Shown piece by piece: positions 59,638-64,000 of a DNA stretch of 64,000 nucleotides. A program made the position numbers and the translations under genes. The notes under the pieces are model-generated. The model searched no databases, was not told the DNA's origin, and saw only the letters and a list, made by a program, of their open reading frames with translations. Where the stretch lies: assembly GCA_963667015.2 (NCBI GenBank), contig CAXXJJ010000001.1:1440001-1504000 (forward strand), given 5' to 3'. How positions within the stretch are numbered: the stretch's first letter is position 1; every line of letters starts with the position of its first letter. This stretch comes from Desulfatiglandales bacterium. Lineage in GTDB: Bacteria; Desulfobacterota; DSM-4660; Desulfatiglandales; HGW-15.

Positions 59638-59806
59638 AAATTAATTTTGTGTGTAAAATGATCACAGTTAAGGTTTAGGTTAAATAATTTCGAAAAAAGA
59701 AAAAGCTTACTCCGCCCGGGAGGATTGGGCATCAGAAACTTGGAGGATCGAATCTGATTGTGAGCGGTCTGGACAGTAAAAAAAAGAAACAAAATTAAAA
59801 AGTACA

Positions 59807-60217
59807 GTGTATAAGTGGCCGGACTGGCATCCGAAACTGCTTGCCTTTAAAAGGCCGGACACTATAAAAGCTGCCTGGCAGTTGATAAACGCTCTGGTCC
59901 CATACTGCGGTTTATGGTATCTGATGATTCGGTCTCTTCAACTAGGCTATTCCTACACCTTTACTCTTATTCTCACCCTGCCTGCCGCCGCTTTTATGGT
60001 CCGGTTATTTATCCTGTTTCATGACTGTGTTCATGGATACTTCTTCAGTAATAAGCGTCTCAACAATTTCTTCGGGCATTTCCTGGAGGAAAGGGTTTTC
60101 ACGCCTTTTGATGACCGGCGCTTTGCGCACCTGCGACATCATGTGACTTATGCGACTCTCGATGCGCGGGGATTCGGAGATATCTGAACCATGACATTAG
60201 CGGAATATGAGAATTAA
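59807..60217 (+). pseudogene. Truncated fatty acid desaturase (Des-like)
   Basis: HDCVH and HLRHH boxes; GDI*TMTLAEY with TGA at a Trp position; third His box missing. Confidence 0.8.
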
Positions 60218-60316
60218 TGAATTGATTTCAGCCTCTATCCGGTTTAGAGTGATACTGTAATCTCAAAGTTCAACCGTTTCGAGTTCCTTCATAAGTCTAA
60301 TTGAAAGGTGCCTTAT

Positions 60317-63265
60317 ATGCCACCCAAAAAGAAAAAAGTTTCACCTGTCAAGAAGGTTCCGGCCTCCAAAACAAAAGCGAAGCAAAAACCGGAAATAAAG
60401 GATTTTACTGTGGTCGGTATCGGTGCTTCTGCAGGCGGACTGGAAACCCTTGAGGCCTTTTTCCGCAATATGCCGCCAGATCCGGGTATTGCCTTTGTAA
60501 TAATCCAGCACCTGAGTCCTACCCACAAGAGCATCATGGCAGAGCTGCTGGCCAGACACACAACAATGACAGTCCGGCAAATCGAGGACGCCACTCCCCT
60601 TGAACCCAACTGTGTTTATCTCAATCCACCTGATAAGAACGTGGCTGTTTTCAACCGGGTCCTTCACCTTATGGAGCCTGTAAAAACCGGTGCAATCAAT
60701 ATGCCTGTGGATTACTTTTTCCGTATCCTGTCTGAGGATCAGAAAGAACGAGCCATAGCCATTATTCTGTCAGGGACTGCCTCGGATGGGACCCTGGGTA
60801 TCAAATCCGTCAAGGAGGAAGGCGGCATGGTCATGGTCCAGGAACCTGATACGGCCAAATATGGAGGCATGCCAAAAAGCGCAATTGAAACCGGCCTGGT
60901 CGATTTTATTCTTCCCGTGGAAAAGATGCCGGAGTATCTTGTGCGGTATGTCAAACATCCGGTTATAAAAAAAACCGGCAGGACCGGTTCGGATTTAACC
61001 GGCAGCGAGTCCCAGTTTCAGAAAATATTCGCACTGATCCGGAGTGCCACGGGACATGATTTTTCCCATTATAAACGAAGCACCATAGAACGCCGGATTG
61101 AACGTCGACTGGCAGTCCATCAGATCGATTCTCTTCCCGACTACATCCTGTTTCTTCAAAAATACCCTGCAGAGATAGAAACCCTGTTCAAGAATCTGGT
61201 TATAGGTGTTACCAGTTTTTTCAGGGATACTGAGGCCTTTAATGTGATAGGCGAAACGGTGAATGAAAAATTGCTGGAGGCAAAACGCACGGAAGATGCT
61301 ATGCGCTGCTGGGTTGTGGGGTGCTCAACCGGTGAAGAGGCATATTCACTGGCGATTCTCATATCAGAGGCCATGACAAAACTTGATAAAAATATCAATG
61401 TCCAGATCTTTGCAACAGACATCGATACAACTGCCATCGAGGTTGCCCGCAAGGGGGTTTATCCTGCCGGCATTGCCGAGAGCGTTTCAGGAGAACGTTT
61501 GAGCAGGTTTTTTGTCAGGGAGGATGGTTTATTCAAGATCAAAAAGCAGATCCGTGATATGGTAGTTTTTTCCGTTCAAAACGTCATCAAGGATCCTCCC
61601 TTTTCACGGCTGGATATGGTGACATGCCGGAACCTGATGATCTACCTGGAAGCTACACTCCAGAAAAAAATCATACCCACATTTCATTACACATTAAATC
61701 CCGGAGGAGTCCTGATGCTGGGGACATCAGAGTCTATCGGTGAGTTCATGGATCTGTTCGGGCCGGTAGACAGCAAGTGGAAAGTCTATAAGCGGAAAGA
61801 AAATCTTTCGAGCGATATTTTCTATAATACAAAAGGTATTACATACGAAAGATCAAGGGGCACCGGGCCGGGCGCAAATCAAACAATACCTGTACCAACC
61901 AATATCCAGGCCATGGCCGAAAAGGCGATAATGGACGGGTTCGCGCCCTCCGGCGTTCTGGTCAATGACAAATACGAGATTCAGCATTTTGTCGGAAGGA
62001 CGGAAAAATACCTTGTTCCGCCCACAGGCAAACCCAGTTTCAATATCCTGACCATGGTCCGTCAGGATCTCAAATATAAACTGATAACGGCCCTTAATAA
62101 GGCCTTTCGTGATAAAAAGCATACCCTGTACAAGGGTGTCCGGATCAAATTAAATGGTTCTGTCAGCATGGTTGACATCAGTGTGAGTCCGCTTTCAGAA
62201 AATGACAACCCGACCGGATTGATGCTTGTAGTATTTGAAGACAAAACACCGTCGCCGGTTACAGATGTCACACCTGACCAGAAACCTGAAAAAAAGAAAC
62301 AGACTTCGGAAATAAAACAGCTGGAACATGAACTTCAGTCCACCCGGGAATATCTCCAGTCCACCATCGAAGAGCTGGAAACCTCCAATGAGGAGCTCAA
62401 ATCGTCCAATGAAGAGCTGCAGTCGGTCAACGAAGAAATGCAGAGCACCAATGAGGAGCTGGAAACGTCAAAGGAGGAGCTGCAATCGACCAATGAGGAG
62501 CTGTCCACGGTCAATTCCGAGCTGCAGAACAAGGTGGATGAGCTTTCAAAGTCCAGCAATGACATGAACAATCTGCTGGCTGCCACAGAGATCGCCTCGA
62601 TCTTTTTAGACACAAGTCTCCGCATAAAGCGCTATACACCCGCGGCAGCCGGAATAATAAAATTGATCCAGACAGATATCGGCAGGCCGATCGGGGACCT
62701 GAAAACAAGTTTCCCCGGGATAGATCTGGCTGAACAGGCGCAAAAGGTGCTATCGGACCTCAACACGATCAATATGGACATATTATCTGAAGACAACATC
62801 TGGTACACCTTAAAGATGATGCCCTACAGGACCATTGAAAATGTCATTGAAGGTGTCGTAATGACCTTTATAAATATCCATGAGGTAAAAAAGGCAGATG
62901 TATTCAGGCGGTTTGCAGTGGTCCTTGCAGACTCTAACGACGCTGTTTCAGTCCTGGATTTTAAAGGAAAGATCACTGCCTGGAACAAAGGTGCTGAGGC
63001 CATGTATGGCTACAGCGAAGCAGAGGCCCTGAATATGAATTTTGCGACACTTTTGCCGGAAGACCGACAGGATGAGATCAAAGAGATCGCTGCCAGATTA
63101 CGTAAGGGGGAAACCAAAAAATCCTTCAGGAGCCAAAGAAAGACCAGGGACGGGAAGATTTTGAACATCTGGCTGACCGCTACAATACTGAAGGATGAAA
63201 CAGGGCAGCCCGCGGAGATGGCAATCACCGAACGTGATCTGGCGTGGCTGGGGGAGGATGGGTGA
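60317..63265 (+). CDS. CheB/CheR fusion with coiled coil and PAS domains
   Basis: GIGASAGG, IQH, SGTASDG; GCSTGEEAYS, CRN; NEEL heptads; C-terminal PAS. Confidence 0.94.
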   Translation: MPPKKKKVSPVKKVPASKTKAKQKPEIKDFTVVGIGASAGGLETLEAFFRNMPPDPGIAFVIIQHLSPTHKSIMAELLARHTTMTVRQIEDATPLEPNCVYLNPPDKNVAVFNRVLHLMEPVKTGAINMPVDYFFRILSEDQKERAIAIILSGTASDGTLGIKSVKEEGGMVMVQEPDTAKYGGMPKSAIETGLVDFILPVEKMPEYLVRYVKHPVIKKTGRTGSDLTGSESQFQKIFALIRSATGHDFSHYKRSTIERRIERRLAVHQIDSLPDYILFLQKYPAEIETLFKNLVIGVTSFFRDTEAFNVIGETVNEKLLEAKRTEDAMRCWVVGCSTGEEAYSLAILISEAMTKLDKNINVQIFATDIDTTAIEVARKGVYPAGIAESVSGERLSRFFVREDGLFKIKKQIRDMVVFSVQNVIKDPPFSRLDMVTCRNLMIYLEATLQKKIIPTFHYTLNPGGVLMLGTSESIGEFMDLFGPVDSKWKVYKRKENLSSDIFYNTKGITYERSRGTGPGANQTIPVPTNIQAMAEKAIMDGFAPSGVLVNDKYEIQHFVGRTEKYLVPPTGKPSFNILTMVRQDLKYKLITALNKAFRDKKHTLYKGVRIKLNGSVSMVDISVSPLSENDNPTGLMLVVFEDKTPSPVTDVTPDQKPEKKKQTSEIKQLEHELQSTREYLQSTIEELETSNEELKSSNEELQSVNEEMQSTNEELETSKEELQSTNEELSTVNSELQNKVDELSKSSNDMNNLLAATEIASIFLDTSLRIKRYTPAAAGIIKLIQTDIGRPIGDLKTSFPGIDLAEQAQKVLSDLNTINMDILSEDNIWYTLKMMPYRTIENVIEGVVMTFINIHEVKKADVFRRFAVVLADSNDAVSVLDFKGKITAWNKGAEAMYGYSEAEALNMNFATLLPEDRQDEIKEIAARLRKGETKKSFRSQRKTRDGKILNIWLTATILKDETGQPAEMAITERDLAWLGEDG

Positions 63266-63340
63266 TTTGCGATTGTTGATTTATGATTGAAAAACAATCG
63301 CCAATGAATCAATCAACAATCATAACAGGAGATGGTGTGA

Positions 63341-64000
63341 ATGGATGCGAAGAAAAAAATAAAAGGCAATCAGGAGAATTCCGATCTTCGTCGGTTTGCC
63401 CAAAAAGAGCTCATGGAAGACTCGGATGACCTTTATAATTTCACCGGAAAGTCTCACGAAGATATGGCCGCACTGATTCATGCGCTGCGCGTGCATCAGA
63501 TCGAATTAAAGATGCAAAACGAAGAGCTCCGGCGCATACAGGAGGAGCTTGAAAGGACAAAAAGCCGCTATTCTCATCTCTATGACTTTTCCCCTGTGGG
63601 GTATCTTACAGTGAATGAAAAAGGGGCCATAACGGAGATAAACCTCACAATGACACTTATGCTGGGTTTCGAACGAGAGGATCTGATCGGAAAAATGTTC
63701 TCACACTTTATAATGAATGAAGATCAGGATATTTTCTACCGATCCCGACAAAACCTGATGAGAGCTGAAATCCCCGAGATATTTGAATTGCGGTTGTTGA
63801 AAAAGGATAGACATCCGTTTTTTGCCCGTATGGAATGTATGATTTTAAAATCCGGGGTGGATGAATCAATGGAAATCAGGGCAGCGGTCAGCGACATCTC
63901 TGATAGAAAACTGGCAGAAAATGAGCGCGATATCCTAAGGGATCAACTCCTCCAGTCGCAAAAGCTTGAATCCATTGGTACACTTGCCGGTGGAATTGCA
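63341..64000 (+). CDS. PAS sensor histidine kinase (partial)
   Basis: LRVHQIELKMQNEEL, PAS, ends QSQKLESIGTLAGGIA at the window edge. Confidence 0.9.
   Translation, partial: MDAKKKIKGNQENSDLRRFAQKELMEDSDDLYNFTGKSHEDMAALIHALRVHQIELKMQNEELRRIQEELERTKSRYSHLYDFSPVGYLTVNEKGAITEINLTMTLMLGFEREDLIGKMFSHFIMNEDQDIFYRSRQNLMRAEIPEIFELRLLKKDRHPFFARMECMILKSGVDESMEIRAAVSDISDRKLAENERDILRDQLLQSQKLESIGTLAGGIA

Noticed and set aside
60185..60187. Selenocysteine or recoded TGA
   Set aside because: Aligns with a Trp position, the frame stops 10 codons later, and other genes use TGA as stop
62368..62525. 21-nt periodic repeats
   Set aside because: They encode the NEEL coiled-coil heptads of the CheB/CheR fusion
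181..63312. Numerous antisense or out-of-frame ORFs in the track (e.g. 24691-25332, 55231-55776, 58046-58549)
   Set aside because: They shadow well-supported genes and have no motifs of their own

Overview
Bacterial chromosomal window, probably from an anaerobic Desulfobacterota/deltaproteobacterium-like organism (inferred from gene content). No tRNA, rRNA or CRISPR array was seen. In order it contains: (1) an 11-gene minus-strand uptake/modification operon (three SAM methyltransferases, a radical SAM-solute-binding-domain fusion, TonB receptor, stomatin, FecCD-type ABC transporter, DUF364-like and FmdE proteins); (2) an intergenic run of six hairpins behind a sigma70-like promoter (candidate ncRNA); (3) a Liv-type ABC transporter, a Ser/Thr kinase-HDOD protein and a Tat-exported xanthine-oxidase-family molybdoenzyme with an atypical active site; (4) ECF sigma and signalling genes; (5) a region of duplications with two B12-radical SAM paralogues (one frameshifted) and two csp genes sharing an SD-sequestering 5' UTR helix; (6) an AT-rich candidate defence cassette (small HTH, 1000-aa N6-adenine methyltransferase, separate PD-(D/E)XK-like protein) next to a SWIM protein and a patch of mobile-element debris; (7) a two-component system plus a CoA-activase fusion; (8) a sigma54/histidine kinase/CheB-CheR signalling cluster. 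Several pseudogene remnants are absent from the ORF track. All family calls come from motif recognition by eye, not database searches.
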